DNA of 64,000 bases from Trypanosoma brucei (lineage: Eukaryota). The position numbers were made by a program, and so were the translations under genes. Positions 21,996 through 33,000 of the stretch are shown here, piece by piece (the stretch's first letter is position 1; each line of letters opens with the position of its first letter). The notes below the pieces were generated by a model, which searched no databases, had not been told where the DNA came from, and saw only the letters and a program-made list of their open reading frames with translations. The DNA lies in NCBI GenBank assembly GCA_000002445.1, contig CM000208.1, positions 1,568,001 through 1,632,000 on the forward strand. The letters are read 5' to 3'.

Positions 21996-23303
21996 TCAGT
22001 GTAACTGGTAGTTACGTTTTATGTGTGTTGGCAAGCCGACATCCACACGTGGATTCACAATTGGTATCGAACCGAGGTCCCTAGTTGTTTTACCCAATCG
22101 CTTCAACACGTCTTCCAGCGTCCGTCGCCTAGTGTCCTTTGCCGTTGTGGGTGCCGGTGAAGTTTGTGCTTCTTCGAGTCGGCGCCGCATCTCATCGCCC
22201 CGCAGTCCCATGCGCGGTTCATTAAGGTGTTCGTCACTTCCGGCAAAGAAGTCTTTCCAGTAAACATCGTCATAGTATCCCTTCTTCAAGTGATCGGGTA
22301 GACGATTGTCCACAACACGGTCGGGCATTAGCAACCCATCCTTCCCCGGTGGGTGCATTGCCATCATACCTTTACGCCGACGTATTTCCTCCAAATACGG
22401 ATAAATGTTATAAATGAGGGAATGCGGCACCTTACCACGACTCGCCGCTATTTCACTCACACTTCTAAGTGCCTTGACCGCTTCAAAGACCCCCTCCACA
22501 GTGTGTGTCGGTGATTTGGGATTATTTGTCGCTTTCAAGTTGATTCTGCACCCGGCATGCTGAAACCCAAATGCGCAGAGAATGTCAGCAACACGGAAGT
22601 TGGCCACAATCCGTCTGGCAGGATAGAGCAAAACGCGCACGCCATCGGCGTTAACACGGACCGGATACATGGGACCTTCCTGCTCCAGATCCACAGCGAT
22701 AATGTTGGAAAAAGCCTCCCTAATAGCCTCTTTCTTTGCCTCCTGAGTGCTTGGGGCAACAGCGCGACCCCATCCGGCTATACCTTTGCCGCTACCCACA
22801 TACAGAACGCAATAGATCCACTGGCGGTGGTCTTTGGGACTAAACTTGACCACTCGCATATCATATGCTACAATATTTAGTTGAAAGTTGCACAAGAACC
22901 GGCCGCGATGCTCCTTTGGAATGAGGTCTGGTGTCAACCACGTGTTAGACCGCCACTGGTTGTACTCTGTATTTAGTTTGTGCTTCCATTGAAACCCCTC
23001 TGGATAAAGATCAGGAACAATGCGGTACTCATTATAGAGATCGATAGCGTTATCCATACCTTTAATACCTTTAGAGTCAGCAGCATGTGCTATAGCCTCA
23101 GCTGAATCACGTGTATCGCGGAAGTAAAGAGAGGTACCAGTTTCTAAATCGACGAATGGATTACGCATCTTCTCGAAGCGCCTCCGAGTGAAACTTCCAG
23201 GTCGCATCCACGCATAATAAATGCGGGGTACCCCACCGCGCATAGTGCCTTTCGTATACCATGAGTTTAGGTTCTTCTGTGAAGCAGCAGTCAACCGAAA
23301 CAT
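21996..23303 (-). CDS. Mitochondrial ribosomal protein uS5m (S5 family)
   Basis: 435 aa, ATG confirmed. The N-terminus 'MFRLTAASQKNL...' looks like a mitochondrial presequence. An S5 dsRBD-like N-domain signature is present: 'YVGSGKGIAGWGRAVAPSTQEAKKEAIREAFSNIIAV' (compare bacterial S5 'VGDG.G.VG.G.GKA.EV..AI.KA'). An S5 C-domain-like region follows. The long extensions are typical of kinetoplastid mitoribosomal proteins. Confidence 0.6.
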   Translation of the reverse strand: MFRLTAASQKNLNSWYTKGTMRGGVPRIYYAWMRPGSFTRRRFEKMRNPFVDLETGTSLYFRDTRDSAEAIAHAADSKGIKGMDNAIDLYNEYRIVPDLYPEGFQWKHKLNTEYNQWRSNTWLTPDLIPKEHRGRFLCNFQLNIVAYDMRVVKFSPKDHRQWIYCVLYVGSGKGIAGWGRAVAPSTQEAKKEAIREAFSNIIAVDLEQEGPMYPVRVNADGVRVLLYPARRIVANFRVADILCAFGFQHAGCRINLKATNNPKSPTHTVEGVFEAVKALRSVSEIAASRGKVPHSLIYNIYPYLEEIRRRKGMMAMHPPGKDGLLMPDRVVDNRLPDHLKKGYYDDVYWKDFFAGSDEHLNEPRMGLRGDEMRRRLEEAQTSPAPTTAKDTRRRTLEDVLKRLGKTTRDLGSIPIVNPRVDVGLPTHIKRNYQLH

Positions 23304-23795
23304 TTTTCGCCCTCACCAGCCAGCAGAAAAGACACAGTAAGGATAATGGTGCAAACAGGTGTAGTGCCTCAATGACCTTACACGGTTCACCCAACGGCCG
23401 TCCTCAGTTGTGGCTAACGCAAAAGCAAGCTCCCACACAAGATGAACCTTGTATGCACTGCCTGCACGCGACAAAAAAAAAAGAAGTTATTGAAAGAAGT
23501 GACCAACACAACGAAACATGAAGACAGAGGCTCTACGAACAACGGTGAGTGGCGACAATGATCACTAAGTACGAATACTCAGTAAATACGAGACATGGCA
23601 GTTGGCGCGCCAGCACAGAAATGACCCCCGAAAAGCTGTTTAGGAAGTATATAAGAATACATCCTCGTTTCTACTACTTCGGTCATGGGGTTACACACGC
23701 ACCGCTTACGGTGAAAAATAAAAAAAACGAACACACAGCGCACGCGAAGGACGTGCATCAGCAACAAAATGAGCAGCCATGTTCCACCACGTTAG

Positions 23796-26384
23796 TTACT
23801 GCTGCACATGACCAGTCAACTCTGACGCTGTGTTGAAGAGGTTAATGGGAGTGCTGCCATCCATAACTAAGTATCCCTGGAGTCCCAAACTTTCCAGCAG
23901 CTTGGCTTGGAGTTCGGGACCGGCCTTCGCAATTTCTTCCACCGTATCAGGGCCCAGAGCGCTCATCACCGCGGCAAACTTGTCATTCTCAATTTTGGAG
24001 AGCTCTCGCTTAAACTCACGTTCGAGAGAAGCTCGAGCCGCTTCGTATTGATGCTCCTGAGTCCGCCTGTTCTGCTCGATCTCGCACAGCGCACCATTCA
24101 TAATATCTTCACTCTTCATACGAACGCGTGTACACTTTAGGTTGGTCTCCTCTTCCACACTGGCAGCCTTCGCAGCAGAATCAGCGGCTGATCTGAAACG
24201 ACCTGAAGATATGGTGGCAGCACTCTTCGCCTCCGCTTCCAACAGGGCCTTCCTCTGGGTCTCATTTTCTACCTGGTCTTTCATTTTTTGCTGCGCAAGC
24301 AAGGCGGAAGACTGTTGTTCACGTGCCAGTGCAACCTGCTGTGCACTCGATTCTTGGGCCTGAGTTGACATTTCAATAGCAATTTTTACTGACTTTTGGA
24401 GGCCTTCACGTGTGCGGGGGTCGAGAACTTCCATTGTATGAGTGTCAACGGAAGTAACCACAAAGTTATTCGCGTCAAATCGGAGTTCACTCATGGGATC
24501 GCCGTTGACAGGATTTATCCCAAATACCGCCTGCTGAAGCACCTTCACACTGCTCTTGTGAAATTGCTGAAAAGGAAGGGATGCAACAGCGGCACGTATG
24601 CGCCCGGCAATAAGGGAACATGCGTCGGCGATGAAGTCATCTACACCAAAGCACTTACGAGCAGCGGCCTCGTCGCCGTGTGCAACATCGAAATGCCATG
24701 CATAGCACAGCTGTAGGGCAAGCTGGGCATGATCCCGTGTTTCGACGTGGACAATGTCTGTTACGTTCGAAGGGCCGAGGAAGAGATGTAGAGCGTTCAC
24801 ACGGCTGGACTCCTTAGATTGGCATTTCGCGGGACTTGTCCCATCAGACGAGGGTAGCGAAAGTTTTACAACTGTAAACTCTTCATCTGGCTCCAAAGTA
24901 ACGCGGTCGGGACCAAAAATGGTGCGGGTTTTCATTGTCCGGTAGTTGTATAGCTGTGTCACACTCCGATGAGGAACCTTGTAGACCACTGTTTTGTACG
25001 CACTCCTCACTAGATTACGAGGAACGAGCACTGGTCCTTGTCCCGCAGCAATGTGCCCCTCCATAGGAGACAGCTGCCGCTGCAAACACCCTTCGACATC
25101 CGGAGGAAGTGATTTTTCCCACAACTCCTCGTGAACCCCAAGCATATACGCTGCGGGACCTGTTACTGTTCTAACTACGCCCGTGGTTTTGTCTCTCACA
25201 TAAATACCATCACCGTCGCACAAAAGAATGCGTTCCCGTATGTCGTTACCATTTTTGTCCTTGCATACCTCCACCAAACTGTGCGGAACATACTCCCGTG
25301 GCCCGTGGAGCAACCAAAGGTCCTCAGCCACACGCTGCACTGGTGGCTCCACACTTTCGTCCTGAAACATGTCAAGGGCGCGCAAAAGAAGTGCCTGTCC
25401 CTCACCAAGAAGATAACATCCATGTATTGCATCATTTTCCACCTCCTCATCGACTTGCAGGTAATAGGAAACGTTGGTTATAGTACGCCGCCGAGATTTA
25501 GAAGCATTCACAATAACAGCGTATTGCTTGTCCGTAAGGCGCATCTTGTGAACAGTACGCAAAATTTTTTCATTTGGATGAGGCACGAACATGGGGCAGT
25601 CCTCGTGGGTGACAACGTACACCTCCCCGGCGTGGCGCGCTCTGTTGAAGGCATTGGGCCGCTCGTCCACAAAGTTGCGCAACACCTCGACATGTAACGC
25701 CTCATCAGGGGGTATAATAAGCGGCTCGACGTGTTCGACGAACTGCTCATCCACATCGCACAAATACGACCCCGGTGTCAGATAAAGGTACTCATCATCC
25801 CGTTTACGGGTACGTCCGGTCCTATCAGTGAACAATTCCAAAGCACGTAGCCTAATTGCGCACCCTTTCTTAATGTTAACAGCGTGACGCACCTCTAGTG
25901 GCGTCTCCTCTACGCGGGGAAAGTAAGTCCCGGGACCTTTAAACAAATAACGCTCGCCCTGAGATCGTCTCACGCCACCCTCAGATGTGTAGTCATGTAT
26001 CACGCGCACAAGAAGGGCACTATTCGTGTCGAGAACCGTGAGGGGTTCCACCGACACGAGTTTTTCCTCAGGGTACAATGGAACAGCGAGGGGACCCACA
26101 AAAATCTTCCGCTTTCCGAGAGACACCTTCACCTGTCCGGACTTATCACAGACAGGCGTAACGCCATCTTCTGCTACTTCGTGAGGATTTTCAATACAGC
26201 AGTAGTGCCCATGTGGCACCACATGAAAGGGGGTTATTGGTTTGGTTAACCGCTCGTCTGAACCTAGCGTGCGCGTCATCGGTCCGGTGATAAGAACCGT
26301 ACCATTATCGTTGTCGTTCGTGATGTGAGCATACTGATGAACCCCCAGTTTCAGGACCAGCTCATTCGCTAAATAATCATTCAT
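23796..26384 (-). CDS. MVP: Major vault protein (MVP)
   Basis: The track start at 26390 is GTG; the first ATG is at 26384 (MNDYLANEL...). Strong MVP signatures: vault repeats 'VPLYPEEKLV...TNSALLVRVIHDY' and 'LFKGPGTYFPRVEE'; shoulder domain 'LFLGPSNVTDIVHVETRDHAQLALQLCYAWHFDV'; cap-helix coiled coil; and the near-invariant C-terminus 'LGLQGYLVMDGSTPINLFNTA'. Confidence 0.9.
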   Translation of the reverse strand: MNDYLANELVLKLGVHQYAHITNDNDNGTVLITGPMTRTLGSDERLTKPITPFHVVPHGHYCCIENPHEVAEDGVTPVCDKSGQVKVSLGKRKIFVGPLAVPLYPEEKLVSVEPLTVLDTNSALLVRVIHDYTSEGGVRRSQGERYLFKGPGTYFPRVEETPLEVRHAVNIKKGCAIRLRALELFTDRTGRTRKRDDEYLYLTPGSYLCDVDEQFVEHVEPLIIPPDEALHVEVLRNFVDERPNAFNRARHAGEVYVVTHEDCPMFVPHPNEKILRTVHKMRLTDKQYAVIVNASKSRRRTITNVSYYLQVDEEVENDAIHGCYLLGEGQALLLRALDMFQDESVEPPVQRVAEDLWLLHGPREYVPHSLVEVCKDKNGNDIRERILLCDGDGIYVRDKTTGVVRTVTGPAAYMLGVHEELWEKSLPPDVEGCLQRQLSPMEGHIAAGQGPVLVPRNLVRSAYKTVVYKVPHRSVTQLYNYRTMKTRTIFGPDRVTLEPDEEFTVVKLSLPSSDGTSPAKCQSKESSRVNALHLFLGPSNVTDIVHVETRDHAQLALQLCYAWHFDVAHGDEAAARKCFGVDDFIADACSLIAGRIRAAVASLPFQQFHKSSVKVLQQAVFGINPVNGDPMSELRFDANNFVVTSVDTHTMEVLDPRTREGLQKSVKIAIEMSTQAQESSAQQVALAREQQSSALLAQQKMKDQVENETQRKALLEAEAKSAATISSGRFRSAADSAAKAASVEEETNLKCTRVRMKSEDIMNGALCEIEQNRRTQEHQYEAARASLEREFKRELSKIENDKFAAVMSALGPDTVEEIAKAGPELQAKLLESLGLQGYLVMDGSTPINLFNTASELTGHVQQ

Positions 26385-26935
26385 TATCACACCTCACCTA
26401 TACCTTGTCTGCTCACGCTGCTGTGAACGATTTTTTTTTCTTTTCCTCCTTTAATAGATGATCTACGCGCACCACACGATGGCACTCACACGTTATCGCC
26501 GGCTCATCGAAAAAATAAGATAATGTAGCCACAAACCAGTAAGAACGGGATACGTATATACATATATATATTTGACAAGTAAAAAAAAAAGAAAGAAAAG
26601 GAAGGGAGCACACGTACCCACGCATCTGTGCATGTCCGATCCGATAGGCGATTGGCAAAATTTTTTCGCACTCGAAACACAATTGAACCATATTTACTTT
26701 ACTTATTTAACGCGTTGCTACCGGTGTCAAACGTGGAGCTCGAGTTTACTTTCCCTCTCTGCCCCTTCAAAGCTGCCAACGTTCCATGGCAGTTGAGTCA
26801 AGCGGGGAAGTGGGAAAAAAAAAACCACCACCGCCACAATTCCGTGCCAATCGCACCATACCACGCCCCTGAATCTTTAAACGTGTACCTTTTTGATCAG
26901 AAAGTGTTTCTGCAATGTCGTTTGTGCGATAGGCG

Positions 26936-28777
26936 CTACTCACCAGCGGGATCTGATGCCTCATCATTGTGAGCACGTTTTACACCGGCCGTTAATTTCC
27001 CAGACTTTCTTCGTTTCATCGTCTCGGGAAGCGGCGGCGGCGGCCGAATTTCCCCCGACGACGGGTCATGCGACTCCAACAACTCATACGGTCCAAGAGC
27101 GTCCAGCTGCTTTGTCACCACCGGAGCCTGTCCATGCGTCAACTTTGAAACCTTGTAAAAGTGTTTACAAAACACCTCCGCTACGTTACGCATCGTTGGA
27201 TGGAAACTCTTTGCTAGAAGACTCAACTCCCAAGTGAAGCTGCAATCAGCGTTCGATGAGGCAATCTGCGTCGCCCCAGGTGTGTACACACCACGACCTG
27301 CTATAAAGTTGTCACTACCACCAATGACAATCCCACTGACCGCCGGATACCGCAACATAAGGCGGTGATTGAGAGCCAATAAAGAAAGGCCAATGTGGGG
27401 CGGACACGAAGGAATGGCCTGCATTATGCGGCGAACAAAGGCCGTAACACGTGGCACCGGAAGGTGCTTTTGGGTTAAAACCAAAAGGTCCATAGCACGC
27501 AATACGAGGCCAACGCGAAATGTCCACTCCCGCGATGCATTTGAGTGCACAAACTTCTCCTGTGCCATGGACTCCGTTATGGAGAAGGCCTGCGAAGAAA
27601 GGGAACCAGCAGATGACGTAGATCCCTGGGAGGCAACTTCATCCCCGTCATCGTCTCCATCCCCGCCTTCCCCAGTTGTCCCCTTATTTGATTCAACACA
27701 TTTCGGAAGGGTAAGAGCCTCAGGGAGACAGCGGAAGAGCACCTCGTGGAAATAACTAAGGTCCACCCGCCAGTCGCTTGCCGTCGTTGTTGCGTCCCTC
27801 TGCGCAAGAGAAGCCACAGACACAAGGGCGTGCAACTTTGTAGTGACAGAGGTAGCCTCGTCGTTTACAAGATCCTTAAGCGCCGTAATGAGCTGTTGGT
27901 GGAGTTCCACATTAACGAGAGGGGCAAACTTCACCAAGCCTTCAAGCGCCGGAGCAAGGATCCTCGTTTGATGCTGTTGGGAACATGATTTGGACGCCTC
28001 GAGTACGCGCAAGTAAATGACAAAAACACGATGCAAGATCCGGCTCTGTTTAACGACAATCTCAGCGCGGTCGCGCCTCGCCTTGCTCTTCTGTAGCTGG
28101 CGGGCCAATTCCTTGTCTTCTTTTTTCAGTCGCTTGTTCTTCGCCACTTCCTCTGTCAAGTCCCGGCGGTGCATGTCCACCATCGCCACCCGTATATGCA
28201 AAAGCAAATTAAGGAGCTTTGGATTCATGGCATAATGTTGCTTACGAACAATATCTAAAAGCGCTGAGACAATGCACTCTGTTGCATCAGAAACCATCTG
28301 TCCGTCGAGTAACTCGGCGAGCGCCGTCAGTGCCGGTCGTGCCACACGCGTTGATTTCGCATTTGCAAACGTAACTGCCAGCGACAAGAGCTTGTCCGCA
28401 TGATTGAACTCAGACGCACGGGGGACCAGTCGTGCACACAAGCGACTTCCGAGCGCCTGCTGCTCCGGGTGCGGCTTCCTCTGCAGCCTTCGCAAAAGCT
28501 GAAGGAAGTGCTCATACTGCACGAGTACCTCGTGCTCCAGCTTCTGCACTTGATACACCTCCTTCTGCTTGCGACCGGTCTGACCACCATCCTCCTCTTC
28601 GATCGTTGCAGATATTTTGTAATTTGGTATAACGTCGCACAGGATAGAGCACTCCTTCGTGAGGTTTTCCACAAGTTCACCGTAGTCGCTCACGGTGCGG
28701 TTATGCAGCGAGTGCAGCTCCTTGAGTTGAGAACTCAAATAAGACGTATTCATCAAGTAGCGCTGCATGGCTGCCAT
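26936..28777 (-). CDS. NOC3: Nucleolar complex protein 3 (NOC3/CBF-domain) homologue
   Basis: 613 aa, ATG confirmed (MAAMQRY...). Helical-repeat protein with a CBF/Noc3-like conserved block 'ILHRVFVIYLRVLE...ILAPALEGLVKFAPLVNVELHQQLITALKDLV' (compare NOC3L 'IVFVTYFRILK...[24 protein letters not shown]'). Has an acidic Gly/Asp insert and a basic C-terminal tail. The family call rests on remembered motif similarity only. Confidence 0.5.
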   Translation of the reverse strand: MAAMQRYLMNTSYLSSQLKELHSLHNRTVSDYGELVENLTKECSILCDVIPNYKISATIEEEDGGQTGRKQKEVYQVQKLEHEVLVQYEHFLQLLRRLQRKPHPEQQALGSRLCARLVPRASEFNHADKLLSLAVTFANAKSTRVARPALTALAELLDGQMVSDATECIVSALLDIVRKQHYAMNPKLLNLLLHIRVAMVDMHRRDLTEEVAKNKRLKKEDKELARQLQKSKARRDRAEIVVKQSRILHRVFVIYLRVLEASKSCSQQHQTRILAPALEGLVKFAPLVNVELHQQLITALKDLVNDEATSVTTKLHALVSVASLAQRDATTTASDWRVDLSYFHEVLFRCLPEALTLPKCVESNKGTTGEGGDGDDDGDEVASQGSTSSAGSLSSQAFSITESMAQEKFVHSNASREWTFRVGLVLRAMDLLVLTQKHLPVPRVTAFVRRIMQAIPSCPPHIGLSLLALNHRLMLRYPAVSGIVIGGSDNFIAGRGVYTPGATQIASSNADCSFTWELSLLAKSFHPTMRNVAEVFCKHFYKVSKLTHGQAPVVTKQLDALGPYELLESHDPSSGEIRPPPPLPETMKRRKSGKLTAGVKRAHNDEASDPAGE

Positions 28778-30020
28778 GGCTTTCCTGACTGTGTTTCAAC
28801 AAGCCCGTTGCGCTCTCCAAGCACGCCCCTCAGGTTCCACCTACGCACTGCCACATTATTAACAACATCATTGAACAGAACGTGGTTGATAATCAAGATA
28901 GGAAAAAAAAACAAAGGTTAGAGAATAAGGGAGTTTACCCGAGGCAAAAGCATTCCCGACATTGCACAAATTACAATGAAGGTGCCTGTAGTTTTATCAT
29001 ACCTTTACCTCCTTTGGAATTTCCGTTGGGCCCCACCAAAGACTGTACGATAAGGGAAACATCCCTGTATTCACGTTAAGGTCAAAAACGAAACGAAAAT
29101 AGTAAACATTAAAGGCACCGGGTGCTCCTGACCGCGGCAGCCTGTGATCTAGGGTTTGAATTTTTTTTTTCACGTCATCAGCCGCATCAGTGAACACGCA
29201 ACCAACTGAAACGCAAGGACGTCGCTCGGTTTCGTGTTCCCAACGTTTGCGGGGAACCCTCACTGCAAAAGCAGCACCCATGCGCTAATACTGCATGCGG
29301 AACAGATGAGGAGAACGTGTAGTGCATAAGCAAACAGAAGGAAGGTATCCACCAAAGCAGTGAAAAACAAAAAAAGTTGTTTGTGTGTCCCATGACACAC
29401 AATCACTCCCTCCATCTCTTCCCTCTCTTTTACTCTACGGTTGTACTCAGTAACACGGCGAAGCAGCAACTTCTCACACACTCATCTGGTTCACAGCCTC
29501 ATCTAAGTGTCCCTCCTTTTCCTCATTCATTTCTAAGAGGTCCACTTCATATATACTTTGTTCCGATTTTATTGTCACTGTTATTTATAAACGTGCCGGC
29601 ATTTCGACCGGTGCACCCATATCTCCAGAACCCATACGTCTATCGGGCTTCGAAGGATGAGGGCCCATTTTGAATGCAGCGCAAAACGGTTGTTTTGCAA
29701 GCAGAAACAACGGACAATGAAGACGACACATCCGTAAAAATGAGTACAAGTGGACCGAGGCCACCCCAATGGATAGAGGAATATGGAATAAGATAAAGTT
29801 ACAGCACCTCACAAACAAGGAAAAGGGGAAAGAATACAAATAAAAGTGAACAAAAAAGCTTGGGTGAAGAGAGAGGTGGAGAAACAAAAAGAAAACGCTC
29901 AGACAATCGCGCGCGAGCACCATAACAGGCGGCATTACAATAAGGAACCGCTACCATATCTCCGTCTAATGTAATATTTGTGCGCACACACACACAATTC
30001 ACACCACACCAAACCACAGC

Positions 30021-33000
30021 CTAAACGATTTCCAACGAATATTGCGGATCGCGAGCATACTCAGGCACGGGGGGCGCTGTGACATCGGAGCGCCAGGTGT
30101 TACCAACCTCCCCATCGACATTAGCCCCCATTATACCATTGCCCCGCACCCTCCGTTCATTGTTCGTCAACGAAGATACGCCATTTGGATCTCGTGCACC
30201 CATGGCTTGCCGCAACTCCAGCGTAGTTGTCCCGGTACCCTGTTCCACAAAAAAACGTGGAACGACACCCTGAGGAAACATGGCTACACCGCCAGACGTA
30301 GTAGTGGCAACTTCTCCACCAAAAGTTGGGGAAACACTTGTCGCACCACTATGTCCCAGCAACGCCTCCAGCTCACGAAGAGCGGCGGAAGTCTCCTGCT
30401 GGGGCAGAAGCGTGGTTGTAGCGCCTCTATTTTCATAGCACTGTTTTGCGTCGTCGTGGTGGCCACCATTTTGGCCCTGCTCAGGTTGGGGGGAATATGT
30501 GACTAGCTGTCCAGGATTACCAGCCCCAGCCCCTTCCACGCGGTTTTTCTTCTCCGCGGTCATGCGACAAGCGCTCCCTTCAGCCTCACCTCCATCTTGT
30601 GCCCTCTTGCGGTCAGCCGTGTTCACCATGTTAACGTGGGCCACCACAAGCCTCCCAGGAACCTGCGGACGGGACGAATGCGGCAAGTCGTAGTTGTTGG
30701 CCCTCCCCTCTACTACAACGGGAAGAATAGCAGCATGAGGAGCGACCGCGGCAGTGGACACAAGGTTGTGTTGGGAAGCGGTACCCCTGTCAAAACCATA
30801 CACAGCAAGATCCCCGCGCCTCTCTCCCTCCGTGGCCAACACTTGCCGTCTTGCTGGAGGTCCAGCGCACTCCCCGTAATGTCGGCGTTCATCCTGTCGC
30901 TGAAGCTCATCGAAGACATCCCCCGCGGTTTGGTACGTAGCAAAAAACTGAAGAGCAAGTGCCGATGGGACGGTGACACAGTTCGCAGAATTAGTTCCCT
31001 GTAGAGGTGGCACAGTTGTATCGTCAATAGGTTCCTCGTCACCCTCACTGAACACGCTCATCTCATGCCACGTGCTGTTTGCACCGATGTCCCCGATGGC
31101 AGTAGATGCCTCTTTAAGCATTTCAGAAAACCGTTTACTCCGACCAGGGTTGCTCTCAACCAGCACCGCCTCGGGAAAAGTAGAAGCTGCTACGTTGCTC
31201 AGCTGTCCATTTGGACTCGTCGCGGGGTTTATCCTCTTTACTTGTCCTTCCTGAGGGCTAGTTTGGATCCCTTTCGAGACCGTTGGAGCCCTCCCCGTTA
31301 GAATGGTTTCAGCACCCTCAGCTTGGCGATATGATTCGTTGAGTCTCTCCTGTGCTTTTGATAAAGGAGTAATACCGCCTTGTTTACGACCACTCGCGTC
31401 GGCAGCCCCGGTGCCGCTGTCAAACGCGGGCGGTAAGCCGCACGACCCTCCACTGGAACATGGTGAAAGACTGTCCGCCGACGATGTCACTGTATCCTGG
31501 AGTTGGCTGGAAAATGTGGTGTTAGCGTGGGGGCGCCGTGTTAGTGTCACCTCTACCTTCTGCTCGTTTCTCCGCTGAAGGTGCAACGGTATCGGTGCGG
31601 GAACTGCATCAAAATCACCATGAGACATCGTCAGGTCGTCGAACACATTGTCGTCTGATGGTCGTTGCAACTCCTCCAGTGAATAGGAAAACAATTCACC
31701 GCCCTGATAGGGCGTGCCATCAGGCTGGGCGACGTCGCACACTTCGACAGACACCCCCGCCCCCTCCTCTTCTTCGTTATCTAGTGAATCACCAGCACCA
31801 AGCATGTCCGCAATCTCATCACAACTCTCACCAACGGTCTCCTTTACAACAAACTTTGTACGCTTCAGCAGCCTCACCAGCAAGCGAAAAAATACCACAT
31901 TCTCATCACGTATCTCCCTAGCCATATCGTTAATTCGTCCAACTTGCATCTTTATCTCCTGCACAGCCTTTGAGACTGCCTCTCCAAAGTGGTGGGCATC
32001 CTGCCGTGTCTCCGCCCCCACCTCAGCCACGTCAGCACCCACGGACCGGCGAAAGATTACCATAACCATCTGCAAAGAGGTGTAGACAAGAGACACAAAG
32101 CGACCGGGTGTGCTACGAGTTTGTTTCACCCAACTCGTTAACAAATGAAGCACAACGCGCGCGAGGGGTGGGCAGCGTCTGACTGTTTCATACGCCATGA
32201 CAGCAAATAGCTCAGCTGTTGTTTCCTCACCAGTAATAGGCATACAAGAAACGGGCGAAGCAACACTGAAACGCCTTGTAACGCTCTTCACAAAGCTGGC
32301 CAGGAGTGCCGTACGGGCAGGGGCCGATGTTTTCATTTGACGAAGGAAGAACGACCAGAAGGTGCTGTTGGCGCCAACGGGAAGGGCGTATTCCACAAGT
32401 GAATTTAACGAGACAGGGACGGAGCCAAAAGGAGAAAGCAGGGCAGTAATGATATTGTCCGCCTGCATGTTGAAATCTTGGATGAGTTTGCATACGCAGC
32501 AACCCACCAATTTACGCATCTGGGGACTGAAATAGTGAGCACGATGAATAATCTTCAGTAGCAACTGGGCGTTGTCAGCGGCTTCTTTGCATGTGGGGGC
32601 GCAGTCCGGGTACTCTACACAGTAATTGTTCTCATCCGGAGCAGTCGGAAGAAGATCCACATTACTCCCTCCCCGGCGCAACAGTAAATTTGCCAAGTAC
32701 CAAAGTACAAGAGCGTCATGATTGCTATGTATCTGAATGCAACTTAGGGCCTGAAGTAATGCATCCACATGGCTGCGGTCGACCGCATTGCCTAGTAATA
32801 TAACCAATTTTGCGTGTAGCGTAAGCAAGCTTGCCCTTTCCTCACTGTCCAACACACCAAAAGCTCGCGACTTATTCAGCACTTCCACCAACGTGCTTCG
32901 GATGTAAGGTTCTATCTCTAGATAAAGTTCCTTGCGGTGCGGTCCGGCATGAGCAAAAATATGAAATAGCAAGAGGTGAACTGCACTGTCCAATCGCCTG

